A stretch of 64,000 bases of DNA, taken from the NCBI GenBank assembly GCA_001244265.2, contig CDLV01000004.1, positions 2,232,001 to 2,296,000 on the forward strand, given 5' to 3'. The notes under the pieces are model-generated. The model ran no database searches, had not been told where the DNA came from, and saw only the letters and a program-made list of their open reading frames with translations. Source of the stretch: Microbotryum violaceum. Taxonomy: Eukaryota. Of the stretch, positions 38,755-52,411 are shown in pieces. Every line of letters begins with the position of its first letter. Positions within the stretch are counted from its first letter, which is position 1. A program made the translations under genes and the position numbers.

Positions 38755-39482
38755 CGTGCATAAAATACAATCTGTTGTTCTTGACCGCTAGGCTAAAAGC
38801 AAGTCGTAACTAGAACTCGGCATTTCTAGCTACTCAGAGGCTACTTATAGGGCTGTTCTGTAATGCACCCCCTTACAGGCTCCATTGAGTTCCAGAGAAC
38901 TAGTAGGGCTTGTTCCAGATAATTATTTGTTGGGGTGGGCCGACAAATTCTGCGCCGGTGCTCCCGGCCAAGAGTCTTGGTATGCAGCAGCAGAATTGTA
39001 TATCAAACATTAGCACTGGAAGAACTGCATCTGATCCAGCCTGAATTAGGAGGGCTCAAAGAGCTCCCAGCTTGCAACATACATTAACGTACCTGCACCC
39101 TTGGCGGCCAAGTCCCTCTCCCAAGTCGGAATGATGCCATCTAACTTTCTCATGATGGCAATTGAAGGCTTTTGACTCTTGAGTGAAACGGAGTCATTAT
39201 GAAAGCGGGGGATGACTGGACAAGGTTGACGTTGGGGCCAAGGCTACGCTAACTAACTACGCCACCGCAAATAGTTCACTCACTTTGACTCCTTTGTAGA
39301 GCGCGCGAGCGGAGCCAAGTTAGCAGGTGAAGCCAGTCAAGTTGCAGGTTTGGGCTGAACCTGGCATCCCGTAACAAACGGCATGGGGTGATGTGCTACC
39401 AGGACAAGCCAGAGATGTAACCAAGAAGATAAAAGAAAACAAAAAACAAAAAAAAATAGAAAGGGAAACCAACAAGTCAAGT

Positions 39483-39516
<34 letters not shown>

Positions 39517-40409
39517 AGTGGGCGGGAGGAGCTCAGAAAATGTAACAGCTTTGCTTGGAAAGCGCATCGCGTATGAACAGAGATGATCAACCCGGAACGC
39601 TGGCACGTTGGGTGATGAGGATTGTCTGCGTAGCGAGGTAGCCAAGTAAGTCAGCATGCCCAACAAGGACAGCTGTGAGTAGGAGTACCCTGGGGCAGAG
39701 CCCGGGAGAGGAAGGGCTATGTACCTTAGCTCTAGGAACGAGACGCGGTACTCAATGGCAAGAGAGACGGCTACGCTTGGCAGGCGTAGGGCGTGGGCTG
39801 CATACAAGGGTATGAGCAGTTAGTCAACCATCCAACAATGGAAGAAGCAGCGTACACAGAGGGCAGTTGTCCCAGCAGTCTGGCAGAGACTGATGCGGGT
39901 GCGTCTGTGATCGCTGGGGAAGGTCCTGTGTGAGACTCGGAACCTGTCAGCCTGAGGCATAGTGACAGGAAGAGTTCAAGGACCGACACCAACCTTAGCA
40001 GGAGGGTGGCAGAGGTACACAGCAATGAACCGGTACAGCAGCGGCAAGAGTGCGGAACTGACAAGGCTGAAGGAGCAGGCTTGAGTAGAAATTCCTGCGC
40101 GGGGGGCGGCTTATGGACCAAGGCTCAAAGGGCAGGCGTGAAGGCACGGCTTATAGCGGAGAGAGGGAATGCGTGCGGGCATGGCTTACAGCAGGGGGAG
40201 GAATGCGTGCAAGCACGGCTTACAGCAGGGACTCTTTGGGGTAGCGCGCGCTTTGGGCTCCGCGTCAAACTCTTGCAGCAAAAGCCAAAAAGACCAATCC
40301 CCACTATTGAGGCATAGTTGATAGTTAGTTAGTTCTGGCTCGGAGGATATCATAGTTAACTATTGTAACTGTGGCAACTATAGGGGTCGCCAAGGACTGC
40401 CGGGGCAAG

Positions 40410-41030
40410 GAGCATTGGCCGAGATGGTGATCAATTTCTCGACGACACCTTCTGTATCGGTCTTGGTGAGCCGAAGTTCAACTCCGGTCCGGCTCAAAGA
40501 TCAAGCTCAAGCGCGACCAACCCCGGTCCTCTCCTCACCTTCCTCTTTGAGACAGCACGCCGGAACCCGAGAGTCGGCTTCTGACATTGGGCATCATGAT
40601 TTCTTGCTTGCAGAAAACCTTCCATAACATTCCATGGCTTTTACTATAAAAAGCCGGCCATCTGATAGTTTCTCCTTTGCTTCCTGCAAGCAACAACTCA
40701 TACACTAAAACTCATATCCTAAGACACATCCTCATACTCATACTCATACACCACACTCCTTACCCTTCTCAAGAAACCCGACAGTTCAAGTCCTGCTTCA
40801 GTTGCTTCGCAGTCCTAACCTGATCCTCCCTCGAGAACCCCCTCGCACCTCGTCCCCGAAAGTCTAGTCTCAGCCTAGACCTCTCTCCTGCCGTGAGGAC
40901 CATCATACCTTCGACCACCTACGATGCGGAACGCGCCTTTTCCGCTGGGTGCCGTACCATTAATCAATTGCAACACGCCACTTCCAGATCCCTCTTGAAT
41001 GCCAAGATGTGCGTTGGCAGCTGGGCCACA
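40410..41030 (+). mobile_element. hAT transposase C-terminal dimerisation domain remnant, interrupted by a solo LTR
   Basis: After removing 40453-40912 the frame reads LAEMVINFSTTPS-TTYDAERAFSAG...AKMCVGSW. Confidence 0.8.
40453..40907 (+). mobile_element. Solo LTR (455 bp) with TG...TA ends
   Basis: 5-bp TSD CCTTC at 40448-40452 and 40908-40912. Internal TATAAAAG at ~40645. Imperfect terminal inverted repeat. Confidence 0.8.
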
Positions 41031-42703
41031 GTGTTGCTGATGATGACGCTGCTTGTAAGAGCTTGATTGATCGAGTTATGATGATACTTACTCGTGCGTT
41101 TATTTTGTTGTCTTGTTGCACCTTCTGGTCTCATCACTGACTCCAACTCTGCATACACAATTTGGCATATTTACAGCTATTGTCAGATTGTCATACAGCA
41201 CGCAGCCCTCAAAGGTCGTGCCCGCCAAGAGGCGCGCCACAGGAACTAGAGAAACAATGATTTACCTCGATGATGATGATGAGGTGTAGGTCTGTCATGT
41301 AGAATCTCGTTCAAATGTCAGATTACTGTTGTCAACAGTTGTTTCAGGAGTAATGTATACTGCTTGAGTTCATATACACTATACTATTACACTATCATAA
41401 GAGGGTAGTTTGAGAGCATGGCATCGAGTGGCTCTCATAAGTCGGTGGCAGAACAGAAGGATCAATAGGCTCAATACAACTAAACAATTGTTGTATACTG
41501 CTGGGCCGAAGATTTCCGGGTATTAATATAATTGTGCTGTTAATAAAGTCTATCAAATAAATAGAAAAGAGCGCCATGGGGTGATTGCGTTGGGTAAGCC
41601 CTCATGTTCTTTTCGGCCTTTGCTGCAAGGATTTGACGCGCCGATCAAGCTCGCGCGCTCGGACCTCCCCTCTCCTCTCTCCCCTGCTGAGCTATAGCTG
41701 TGCATCATACACACGCGGGCTCACAGGCGGTCACTCGCGCTGCACGTTCCCTTCAGGGCCTTCACTGCACCGTTGACGTCTCCACCAGCCTCTGCCGCTG
41801 CGTTTACCACTGTTGATACAGGTGCGTTCCTCACTCCCAAGATCACCTCACAGTTGACAAAGTCACTGACCGAGTGTTTCATCTTGCAGAACGTTTCTTG
41901 GCTAGCCGCACCTAGCTCGTCTAAATCCTCGACGTGGCTCTGTCCAGGAGTAACTCGGGGTAAGTGTTATTGGTCACCCAAGCTTGTTGCACGGTGAACT
42001 TACCACTTTGATTCCTACAGTGATCTTGCCAGTCCTGTACGGGCAGTTAGTCGGTAGTCCTTGTTGGACCACTTCACTGACTGTCTAAAGCAGATAACCA
42101 TGGTATAAAATACCTTCATCTACTAGCGCAAGACGGACAAAAAGGTTGAGCAACAACATAGTATGTCAATTAACTAGCTGTGTTTCACCCCTGCATCTCT
42201 CAGCAGTCCTTCTGCCGAACCCTCCTGCTCGAAACGCAGCCTCTGCTAGCCTCCGGCATCACAGAGTCCCGGTTGTTCGTGCAAAGGTATGCTGAGACGA
42301 AGGTAGCTATCCCCATTCTCACCAATTGCAGCCAACTGACATCACTCTGAGCTTGTTCTTGCAAAGCCAAAGCTCCTTGATCGATCCCACCCTCCATCCC
42401 TTGTCACTCGCGTGAAAACTACTTCATTCTTTCGAACAATTCTTCCTTTCTCTTCTTCGGTTAAGCCTGCCTTCCCACTACGTTCATTTCCGTATCTTCT
42501 TGGCTTCCATCTCGCTACACTCGCTGGGTTTCAATCTCGTCTTTTGTTGTCAGACGCCCTTGGATAGTTTGTTCTTGTTGAACGGTTGGACACACCACTA
42601 GTTGTCCCTCATCCCGCTGCAACTTGACTCAGTTTACCGCTACACGTCGCGCGAGCGGTCCAGGGAGTTGAACGACGCTCGGCGTGGGCCATTATAAGGG
42701 GCC

Positions 42704-42820
42704 AATAGTTTTTCATAGTTAACTATCCCATCTATAGTTAGTTAACTAACTATTGGGTCATAGTTGATAGTTAGATCGTTATGGCTGGAAGATGGGATTT
42801 TACACAGTTAATTAACTAAG
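42704..42820. repeat. TAGTTAACTA-type motif cluster, also at 40313-40382; probable TE subterminal repeats at the right edge of the nest
   Basis: Repeated (A)TAGTT/AACTA words; CATAGTTGATAGTTAG is shared by both clusters. Confidence 0.6.
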
Positions 42821-43059
42821 CTTAAGCGTAGCCTTGGTACTAGGGGTAAGTGGAAGAAGGCGGCCGCGCGAGTCCGCGCGAGTCGCGCGCGTGAGCTCGG
42901 GTTAGTCGCGCATGTGCATGAACGACCGGAGACAAAGCCTAGACGAGGCGCGGGCGCGCAGAAGCGTTCGGCGGCGCGCGCATATCCACATTTCTGAGCG
43001 CGCGGAGGCCCGCGCGCGCAGACCCATTTGTTGCCCAAACGGCGGCGGCCCATAAAAAT

Positions 43060-43457
43060 GAAACGCGGTCCCAATAAACGCGTCAAGTTGGGACGCGCAC
43101 CTTTCTGCTTTCACCTCCATCCCGCAACTCTGAACGCTCTGTTCTGATCACTGACGGAGAGCCCAAAGAGAGTCTTGTAAGTCTTACCAACACTTCTTGC
43201 TGTGCTCGTCCATAGGTGGAGCTCGTCGTCCACGCCTGTGACGCCCACTCCTTCGGGCCGCCCGATCTCGAACGCCGCTCCTGACCAGCGACGCGTGATG
43301 AACCGCTACTGACACCACGGATCACCCCCTACAGCTCCATATACTTCTCTTGGACGCGTGTTCTACGCTTGAAACATCTCAGTACAGCTTATTATGGCGA
43401 GTGAAGCATCGTACACGCGCGTCAGCCTGCATCACATGCAGGCGAGACTAGACGCGT
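43060..43457 (+). promoter_or_regulatory. MCB-like (ACGCGT) elements around the MCM2 start
   Basis: ACGCGT at 43078, 43291, 43354 and 43452, with a CGCG-rich stretch at 42865-43020. MCB/MBF control of replication genes is established in yeasts; function here is inferred. Confidence 0.45.
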
Positions 43458-46400
43458 CGTCGCCTCCCACCCGGCTCCAAAGCTGACCTGTTCCAATCCG
43501 CTTGCTTCCACCTTGCGCAGTCGGTGCCACCTTCCTCCGCTCAAAAGCGAGGTCGTCCCCCTTCCCCAACCCGACAATCGTCCCCTACTGGACCCATCGA
43601 GGCACGAGCAGGGTCACCACCCCCTTCATCGGCTCCTCCCTCGTCATTGCCCGCGAGTTCACCGCCGCCTGGCTTTAGTGATTTTGATGATGATGTCGAG
43701 GAGGATGGCATCCCGCTCGATATGACCGATGGTGAGGAAGGTGACGGCGAAGACCTTTTCGGCGAAGAGATGGGAAAGTGAGTACTCGACTGCGTTGATA
43801 CTCAGACCCTCGTCGTGTCTCGATGGAAATTGATCTCTTCATCCTCGCGCGCACACGGCTTAACAGCGATTACGTCGAGAACAACCGCCTCGATCGATAC
43901 GATGCTGGCGACCTGAACGACGACGAAGACTTTTCCGACGACCCCGATGCGCGTCACGCTGCCGAGGCCCAGATGGCGAACCGTGATCGACGCTTTGCGC
44001 GCCAGCAGGGTGGCCAACGCCGGCGGCAACGTATGCCCGCTTTCCTCGCGAGTGACGAGGAGGACAGTGAGGACGAGAACCGTCTGCTCGGCCAGCGCCG
44101 TGTCAGGCGCAACTACGATGAGGAGGCGTTTGAGGATGATGCTGTCGAAGAGGTAAGCTAGCCCGGCTCGCAGGAGAGTTCTCTTCACTGAACCGAACTC
44201 ATCTTGCTTCGGCTGCTCTGCAGGAAATGCCCATCGAGCAATTGGCCGACATTCAAGCCGACTCGATTACTCAGTGGATCGAGGACCCTCGTGTCCGCCG
44301 CACCATCATGCGCGAGTTCAAGTCCTTCCTCATGTCCTACACCGACCCCCAAGGTGTCTCGATCTATGGTCAACGTATTCGCCAGCTCGGTGAACGTAAG
44401 TCACACATCGCGCGCGTTCTTACTTTGGCCCTCTTGACCGAATTCTGACGGACGACTTGTCTACCCTATAGTCAACTTGGAATCGCTCGAAATTTCCTTC
44501 GCCCACCTCGCGGATTCCAGGGCGATCCTGTCCTACTTCTTGGCCAACTCCCCTTCCGCCATGCTCCCCATCTTTGACGAGGTTGCTCTTGATGTCATCT
44601 TGCTCTTCTACGTCGACTATTCCCGCATCCACGCCGAGGTTCACGTCCGCATCACGGACCTGCCGACCTCGTTCACGCTTCGTGATCTGCGCCAGGTCCA
44701 CTTGGATGCCCTCGTCCGTGTCGCTGGTGTCGTCACTCGAAGATCGGGCGTGTTTCCTCAGCTCAAGTACGTCAAGTTTGATTGTGGACGTTGCGGCGAA
44801 GTGCTTGGACCCTTCTACCAGGAAGCAACGAGCGAGATTCGCATCAGCTTCTGCCCGAGCTGCGGAGCCAAAGGACCTTTCAATGTCAATTCTGAGAAGG
44901 TCAGTCCTTTGTAGATGTTGTGCTGGGCTTATCTTCTCGTGCAATCATGCTGACTTGCTCTTCCGCATCTCCAGACCGTCTACCGCAACTACCAAAAGAT
45001 GACGCTGCAAGAATCGCCCGGCTCCGTTCCCGCCGGTCGCTTGCCTCGTCACCGTGAGGTCATCCTGCTCTGGGACTTGATCGACTCGGCCAAGCCCGGA
45101 GAAGAGATCGAAGTGACGGGAATCTACCGCAACAACTTTGACACGTCGTTGAACGTCAAGAACGGCTTTCCCGTCTTCTTGACGATCCTCGAGGCAAATC
45201 ACATCAACAAGAAGGAGGATCAGTTCGCCTCGTTCCGTCTGACGGAGGAGGACGAGACGGCGATCCGCGCGTTGTCGCGCGACGAGCGTGTCGGCAAGCG
45301 CATCATCAAGAGTATCGCGCCTTCGATCTACGGCCACGAGGACATCAAGATCGCAATTGCCTTGTCGCTCTTTGGTGGTGTACCCAAGGATATCAATCGC
45401 AAGCATCGCATCCGTGGTGACATCAACGTGCTCATGCTCGGTGACCCCGGTACGGCCAAGTCGCAGTTCCTCAAGTACGTCGAGAAGACGGCGAACCGCG
45501 CCGTCTTTGCAACGGGTCAAGGAGCTAGCGCCGTGGGTTTGACAGCGAGTGTCCGAAAGGATCCGGTCACGCGAAATTGGACGCTCGAGGGTGGTGCGCT
45601 CGTGCTGGCCGACAAGGGTGTGTGCATGATCGACGAGTTTGACAAAATGAACGACGCCGATCGGTAAGTGCCGATGGGAAACAGTTTGAGTGTGCAAGAG
45701 CTGACATAGAGGCAAAACATCGGTTCAGAACCTCGATCCACGAAGCCATGGAACAGCAGTCGATCTCGATCTCGAAGGCTGGTATTGTGACGACGTTGCA
45801 GGCCCGTTGCGCCATCGTCGCCGCGGCCAACCCGATCCGAGGTCGCTACAACCCAACAATCCCGTTCAGCCAGAACGTCGAGTTGACGGAGCCGATTCTG
45901 TCGCGTTTCGACATCCTCTGCGTCGTCAAGGATGCGGCTGACCCTGTTATCGATGAAATGCTCGCCAAGTTCGTCGTCGGAAGTCATTTGCGCAGTCATC
46001 CCGAGTTTGACCCCGCCGTGGACGAGGTGCAGATCGCGACTGCGCTCGACCTGGATGTGAGTGTTCCCCCATCTGATACAATGAGTGCATCAGGTCCAAC
46101 TTGCTGACTGAATACCGCCCAATCGCGAAATAAACAGCTCATCCCCCAGGACTTGCTGCGCAAGTACATCCAATACGCTCGCGATCGCATCAAGCCGCAG
46201 CTGCACATGATGGACCAGGACAAAATCTCCACTCTCTACTCGGAGTTGCGCCGCGAGTCTTTGTCGACGGGGTCGTACCCGATCACGGTGCGACATCTCG
46301 AGTCGATGATCCGTATGGCCGAAGCGAGCGCCAAGATGCACCTACGCAAGTACGTGCGCAGCGACGATATTGACCTCGCGATCCAGGTCATGGTAGGATC

Positions 46401-46719
46401 ATTCGTGTCGGCACAGAAGTCGTCGATCAAGCGGCAGCTCGAGCGAGGGTTCCGCAAGTACTTGCGCGTCGCGACCGATCACGAGGAGGTGCTCGCCTTC
46501 TTGCTTGGGCAACTCATCAAGGACCGCGTGCGTTACCTCACCGTGCGCAACGGACAAGCCCCGGCGAGCGTGGTGATCAAGGTCGCCGATTTCGAGACGC
46601 GTGCCAAGGAGTTGGAGATTTACGACGTCGAGGCCTTCACCAAGTCGGCCTTGTTCCGCAACAACGGCTACACTCGTCGCGATGGCGACATTACCAAGTC
46701 GTTCTCAGACGAAATGTAG
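43394..46719 (+). CDS. MCM2: DNA replication licensing factor MCM2, multi-exon
   Basis: Acidic N-terminus ([13 protein letters not shown]), C4 zinc finger (CGRC..CPSC), PAGRLPR, Walker [17 protein letters not shown] and SRFD; stop at 46717-46719. The first exon appears to be ATG alone. Confidence 0.97.
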
Positions 46720-47204
46720 ACGGTGGGGTTTGAGGAAAGACGGAAGTTTGTGGGTTTGGAAAGTGACCTTGGCCATCTATGTAGCTTTAATATGTTCCTG
46801 GTTCGGGGGGTTTGTGTCTGAATCTCTTGGGACGCTTAGCTGCGTTCTTGTGATGCTGTAACACTCTTCTCCATCCCACCCCCTCGGCGATTACCCCGTG
46901 ACCAAGTGACCAAACCAAGGGGCGCTCCGAGCAGGACTTCCGCGCCCTCAGCTCATACACACCTGGCGCAACAAAATCTTGAGACACTTTGTTTTACGTT
47001 TCACAACACATTTTGCAGTATTATTACACTGGAGCAGAAGTAGACAGCCTGTGATGGGTACATTGTACGTAATATGGTTGGCCGCCTCGACTCGGACAAA
47101 TCAGAAACGTCTGCGACTTTGTGCATCTGTAGGCTTCTTTCTTTTTTATTTTTATTTCATTTTATTTTTTAAATAAAAGGAATAAATCAAGAGGGCTAAA
47201 TAAA

Positions 47205-47287
47205 TACAAGTAGTGGGACTTGAACCCACACGGTTATAAACCACAGTTTCCTAAGAACTGTTCGGCTACCAATTACGACACACTTGC
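47205..47287 (-). tRNA. trnL(tag): tRNA-Leu(UAG), organelle-like, in an AT-rich block (probable NUMT)
   Basis: Cloverleaf: acceptor GCAAGTG/TACTTGT, anticodon arm CAGTT-CTTAGGA-AACTG, long variable arm TGGTT-TAT-AACCG, T-arm GTGGG-TTCAAGT-CCCAC. Confidence 0.88.
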
Positions 47288-47832
47288 GACCACTCCTTCT
47301 CTTTCTTTTTTATTCGCTGATTTTTTATTTTTATTTTTTTTCTGTTAGGAAAGGCACTTATTTTTACTCTCTTTTTTATTCCAGTTTTTTAGTTTTTCCA
47401 AAGGAAGCTAAAAAACTGGAATAAATGTCAGATCGGCAGGTCCATTAAGCCAGCCAAATGAACTCGTGCGCGTACACGCGATAAGGCAGCTTTTCTGTTT
47501 TTTTGGCCTGGGGGGGAGCTTGGTAGAGGGATGGTGTACCATTGCTCCCCCCTCCTCGCCCACCCCGGCACGGTGGGTGGACACAAATGCCACTTGATAC
47601 CAATGACTAGTGTGTCGGACCGACTGAGCACCGTTCGTGACTGATGAACTACTCCACGGTGGAGGAAGGCTGTACCATGAGCTACTGAGATGTTGATGTT
47701 CGCACACAGCTATCAGACGGGCCGAAACGCACGCCTAGTACAGGACTTTGCACTCCGTGCCATTCGCCGCCGTTCCGCGCCGGTCTGTGCAGGTCTGTGC
47801 CGGCTTTTACCGGCTGGCTGTAATGTTGAGCC

Positions 47833-47934
47833 CGTCGTCAATTTCCCAAAGTCGCCGCGCCTCCCAAGCCGCCCCCCTGCGCTGAGATCGTCGTCAATTT
47901 CCCAAAGTCGCTCAGATCGTCGTCAATTTCCCAA
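47833..47934. repeat. Three direct copies of CGTCGTCAATTTCCCAA(AGTCGC)
   Basis: Copies at 47833, 47889 and 47918. Confidence 0.85.
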
Positions 47935-48089
47935 GCCCGCGCCGCCGAATTTTTCTGGAACAAACCTTCAGCTCTAAAGAGCTTCAGGGATTGGACAGGG
48001 TTCTGTCAGCCAAAAAAGTCGGGAGATTGAAAAGTTCATAAATTTTGCCAGGTATAAGATTGGGCGATATAAATTTTCTCAGGTTTGAC

Positions 48090-50990
48090 TGTAATACCCA
48101 ATTGAGGGATAATGCCCACCTGGGGGTTAATACTCAGCTGAAGGGGTAATGACCAGGCGCGCGGTAATACCTCCCAGCCGGGTATTAACTTTGACATGGG
48201 TAATATCCGCTTGGATGGCTATTCCCCCGGCCTCCGGGTTTCCGTACGTGCAGCGTAGTTATTACCGGGTTTGGGGGTTATTGCCACCGCAATACCACCT
48301 CACGGATGTCTAGAACTTCTCTGTAACACTCTTGCCTCTGGCAGTGGATGAAACAGACGAGTGAAGGAAGACAGTGTATTATTCCAGGTTCAAAAAATTG
48401 GGCCGAGCTTCATCATCCATCCGGTCAAAGATGTACTCCCGAGACTCCTCTCGACCGACCCTCCGATGTATGCGACCAGCTGAGGCCAGGATGCACCGCA
48501 GATCCACAATCTCGACTGCTCCTGAAGCATGTTGAACTTAAGTGAAGCACAAGTTCTGATGCTTTTGCGCTCCTACAGGAGACACAGCCTTCCGCTTTTG
48601 CCGCTTTGACGTCGGCTTGGCAATCGGGGCCTGTTCGATCGCGTCGTAGACGGGTTGCAAGTGGCTCAAACCAAGCGACCGTACCTTCCCAAGCAGGAAG
48701 TTCTGTGAAGCGATAGGAACGTGTCAGGGTCGTAGGTCCACCTGGCACAATCAGGTGCGAATGCGCGCACCTGCTCCCCCTATCGGAACTCGTAAATCGC
48801 CAAAAGTTGACCAAACCGTTTGACACGATCGGCTCCTTCGCGTTTACGAGGGAACGCCTGGGAGTTGTCTTGTGCATGTGCTCGAGCTCCATCTGCTTGC
48901 ACTAGGGATGCTTCCTCAGTGCCGGTACACTGATGAGATAAGAGAAGCGAGGAAACCGCGAACAAGCCATTTGCAAGGCAGCATCCGCACACTCAGGTGC
49001 ATCAGCTCACAGAGAAGAGGTCAGATAATTCACATCGCAAGCAGGTTATGCTCCTTAAGTAGAACATGACTGACAATGATTCACTGCGTTCTGTGGTAAT
49101 TGCCGAGCCTTGCTTTCGACACGCGTGACCGTTAACGGTTGAGTCGCTCTATGGCAACTTAGCGATCAAGATCCATGCTATTCGATGAAATTGGATATGT
49201 GTAGAGTGTAGGACCGCATGTAATGAATATGCGAGCTACTACTTGAGACGCTGCCAGAGGCTTGTGTGTTGTTTGACAGCGCCGTGTCGTCGATCTGAGC
49301 GCCGACCACGTTTGAGAGTCCGGGAGAAGACTAAGCGAAAATCGTGGAGCAATGGGCGCAGTCGCGGACATTTTCTCAGTAGTCGTGCACATCAATGAGC
49401 AGTAACTCAAATCTAATCAAGCTATGTGAGCCTGCGCATAGCCCGCGCGCGCGCCTCCATTTCTCCCTTTACCTCTTTCCGTTCACGTGTTCAGTCCTTC
49501 TCCCACCGACCTTTCTATCCCTTGCCACACGGAAGCTCAGCAATGGGAGGATCTGCATCCGGGAATGACGAGGAGATTCAAAGTCTGAATGGGAAGGGCA
49601 TGGTGAGCTTAGCTTGGAGTGATTGTTCTGACTCAAGGGTGTGCTTCGCCACGTTCGGGCTCAGGTTCGGGCTGATTCGGGCTGACTGACGTTCGGGCTA
49701 AGTCGGCCAACTTTTCGCTGACGTGTGGCCTCGGTCCACTCGCTGCAGCCAGAAAGTGCCTCGATGCGGATGGCATGTACGTACGAAACGACAAAGGCGA
49801 TATGAGCTTGTGTGAGTATACTTGCAAGCACGAGCAAACCGACAACGTCCCTTAAGATCGGCTTCGCGTAGGCGCCGGCAATTTCAACGAGCAGAACCCG
49901 ACCACCGACCAGCTCTGACTTCCCTGCACCACTCGTAACATTCCTCGACCCAGTAGGTGATGCAGTAGCGGCAGAGATTAGAACACCTTTTCCGGTCCAG
50001 GTGTATGGGCCGCTTGCGGAGCTCGGCTTGGAATGGTCTCACAGCTAGCAACTGCCCGAAGAACATTATCCCAAGGACGCGCGCAGACTCGTCTGTGCCA
50101 GAACAAGCACCTACACTATTGTGGAGGAACATGCTGCTTCGAAGCAATAGGAATCGTCAAGTATGTAAGTAACACGCGCCGGTCCTTACCTTGATTGTGC
50201 GCTCGCTTGCGCGCTGACCAATCACTTCTCCCTCGGCCCTTGCAGAATCGACATGTTTCCTTGCGGTCACATCGGATGACCGGCTCTAGAGGCCCGGGCC
50301 CGTCAAGAAGCAAGAAGACCGATCAAAACCCTAACAGAAGCCAACAGATCATTTACAAGAGGAACCTTGGCAACCGCCGAAACGAAGAGGAACAAGACGA
50401 GGATCAGGGACAGGACGAAGAAGACGTCAAGGAGTTGGTACGCTCTCGAAGGTCTTGAGGAAGCGGAGCACGCGCGGCAGCTGCGAATGATTTGGACGCC
50501 AACGTTCCAAACCATCCGGCTACGGGTCAGAGATGGTAACGGAGGTAGACACTTGCTAGATAATGCATACATACCACAATATGTACTACAACATCTGGCA
50601 TGCAATATAAAATGGCTGCATTAACATTAGTAATATGAACGCGAACATTAGTAATTTATGATACAGACCCTAATGAGTAAGCCAATGCCAATTAAGCTCG
50701 CTCTAGCAATTAATGATATAGAACCTAATGAGAAAGCTAATGTGAATTAAGCTCTATCACGCTCCCGAAAAGAGCCCCTATCGAGACTTTTTGGATGGTA
50801 TTACCCATTAAAATTGGAAATACCCGAACCGAAGGGAATACCGTCTGCTTGGGTAATACCATCGTCACGTGGGTAATACCCAACCAGCGGGTATTACCCA
50901 ACCAGCGGGTATTACCCATTTTGGTGGGTACTACCCAGCTGAATGGGTAATACCGCAGCCCGGGGAATACCCATTCATGGGTATTCCCTA
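48090..50990. mobile_element. Degenerate DNA-transposon relic bounded by GGTA(A/T)TACC motif arrays
   Basis: Motif clusters at 48090-48300 and 50795-50990. The interior has no intact ORF, and no TIR or TSD was resolved. Confidence 0.45.
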
Positions 50991-51205
50991 AGCTCAACTA
51001 AGCGCTCCCTCTGGGAGGGGCATCGAGCTTAGGTATTCCCCGCCAAAAACCTCGCTCGGTGTCGTAGACCATCTCTTGGCTCTCACTTTGGCGAAAGGAG
51101 GTACCGGCGCCTCCTAAAGATCTGAGCAGCTTCCGGACTCTCTTCGGCGGCATCGACTGTGCATGGCGCGTGTTGGTGCTAGTGGTGTTACAACAATCAG
51201 CGACC

Positions 51206-52233
51206 TCATACTACGCAATCACTTGATATCTTTAAACTTTCGCAATCACCCGGTATCTTCACTGAACTTTCGGCAACCAGCGGGTTCCCCACACCGTAGT
51301 AGACCCTCCGCCCCACTTCGGTGACGATCCAATCGAGTCCTTTCCAAATTCTCGGATCGCCGGGCCTACTTGCCTCGCTAGATGCAACACTTACCGCAGG
51401 CTCTAGTCGAGCAGAGCAAGGCATAATGGTCGAAGTATGTGATCGAAGGGAGCAGAGTTCCAAAGCCTGTGGTCGCGGTCGGCGAGGATTACGGGCAAAT
51501 GAATCAGCATTGGTGGGGTGGGTGGGGGGGTGAGGGGTCTGGTAGAAACGGTCCCTACATCTGCAATTTCCTCGGACGTCAGGGCGCCCGAGATGTCTTG
51601 CTTGTTCGCGAGGACCAACAAAGATGCACCTGCGAGCCTCTACAAGAACACAATCGGATCTCAGAGTGAAATTAAGCCGGCGAATGCAATGCTGTTCCCA
51701 CCAAAAGGACGGACCTCTTCTCGGAGCAACTCGTGCAATTCATCCCGACAATCTGCCATCCTTTCCCGATCACTCGAATCAACGACCCAAATGACGGCGT
51801 CCGTGACTTCGAAGTAGTTGCGCCAATACGGGCGCAAGGACGATTGACCACCGATGTCCCCTGTTTTGGGAAAAGGCGATACGTCAAGCGCCGAGACGAA
51901 GGGGAGCAAGCGAAGTCAGTGCACTACTTGACCGTCGGATGAGATTGGTGCGCGTACAGATGTTGAGGGTGTATCCGATATGAACGATCGTGCGGATGTT
52001 GAAGCCAAGGGTCGGGGAGATGAGCGAAATGTCCTCGCCGAGCAAACGCCATACGATCGTCGTCTTGCCCGCGTTATCGAGTCCACTGAACGAAAGAGAT
52101 CATCGAGTGAGCTGGTGGGCAACGACACGGCCTAACGAAGTCGAGAGGCACGGAGAGGAAGTACGCACAGGCAGACTACACGGATCTGTCGTTCCTTGAG
52201 CCGAGTCTTGCGGATGATGGTCAGCAGACCCAT
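51206..52233 (-). CDS. ARL2: ADP-ribosylation factor-like GTPase 2 (Alp41/Cin4), multi-exon
   Basis: [54 protein letters not shown] and GLDWIV. Confidence 0.93.
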
Positions 52234-52411
52234 CGCAAAGAGAACGGAATGATTGCGATGCGATGAACAAGCCAGAGGGAGAGAGCGCGTGACGTGGTGC
52301 CGCCTCCAATTTCCGAGTCTCGCACCGCGACGCGCCAAAGCTCCGCCATTTGCAACAACGTGTCTCTCGCTCCGTGCTCCCGAACTCTCATCCCACACTC
52401 CCGAGCAAGAG

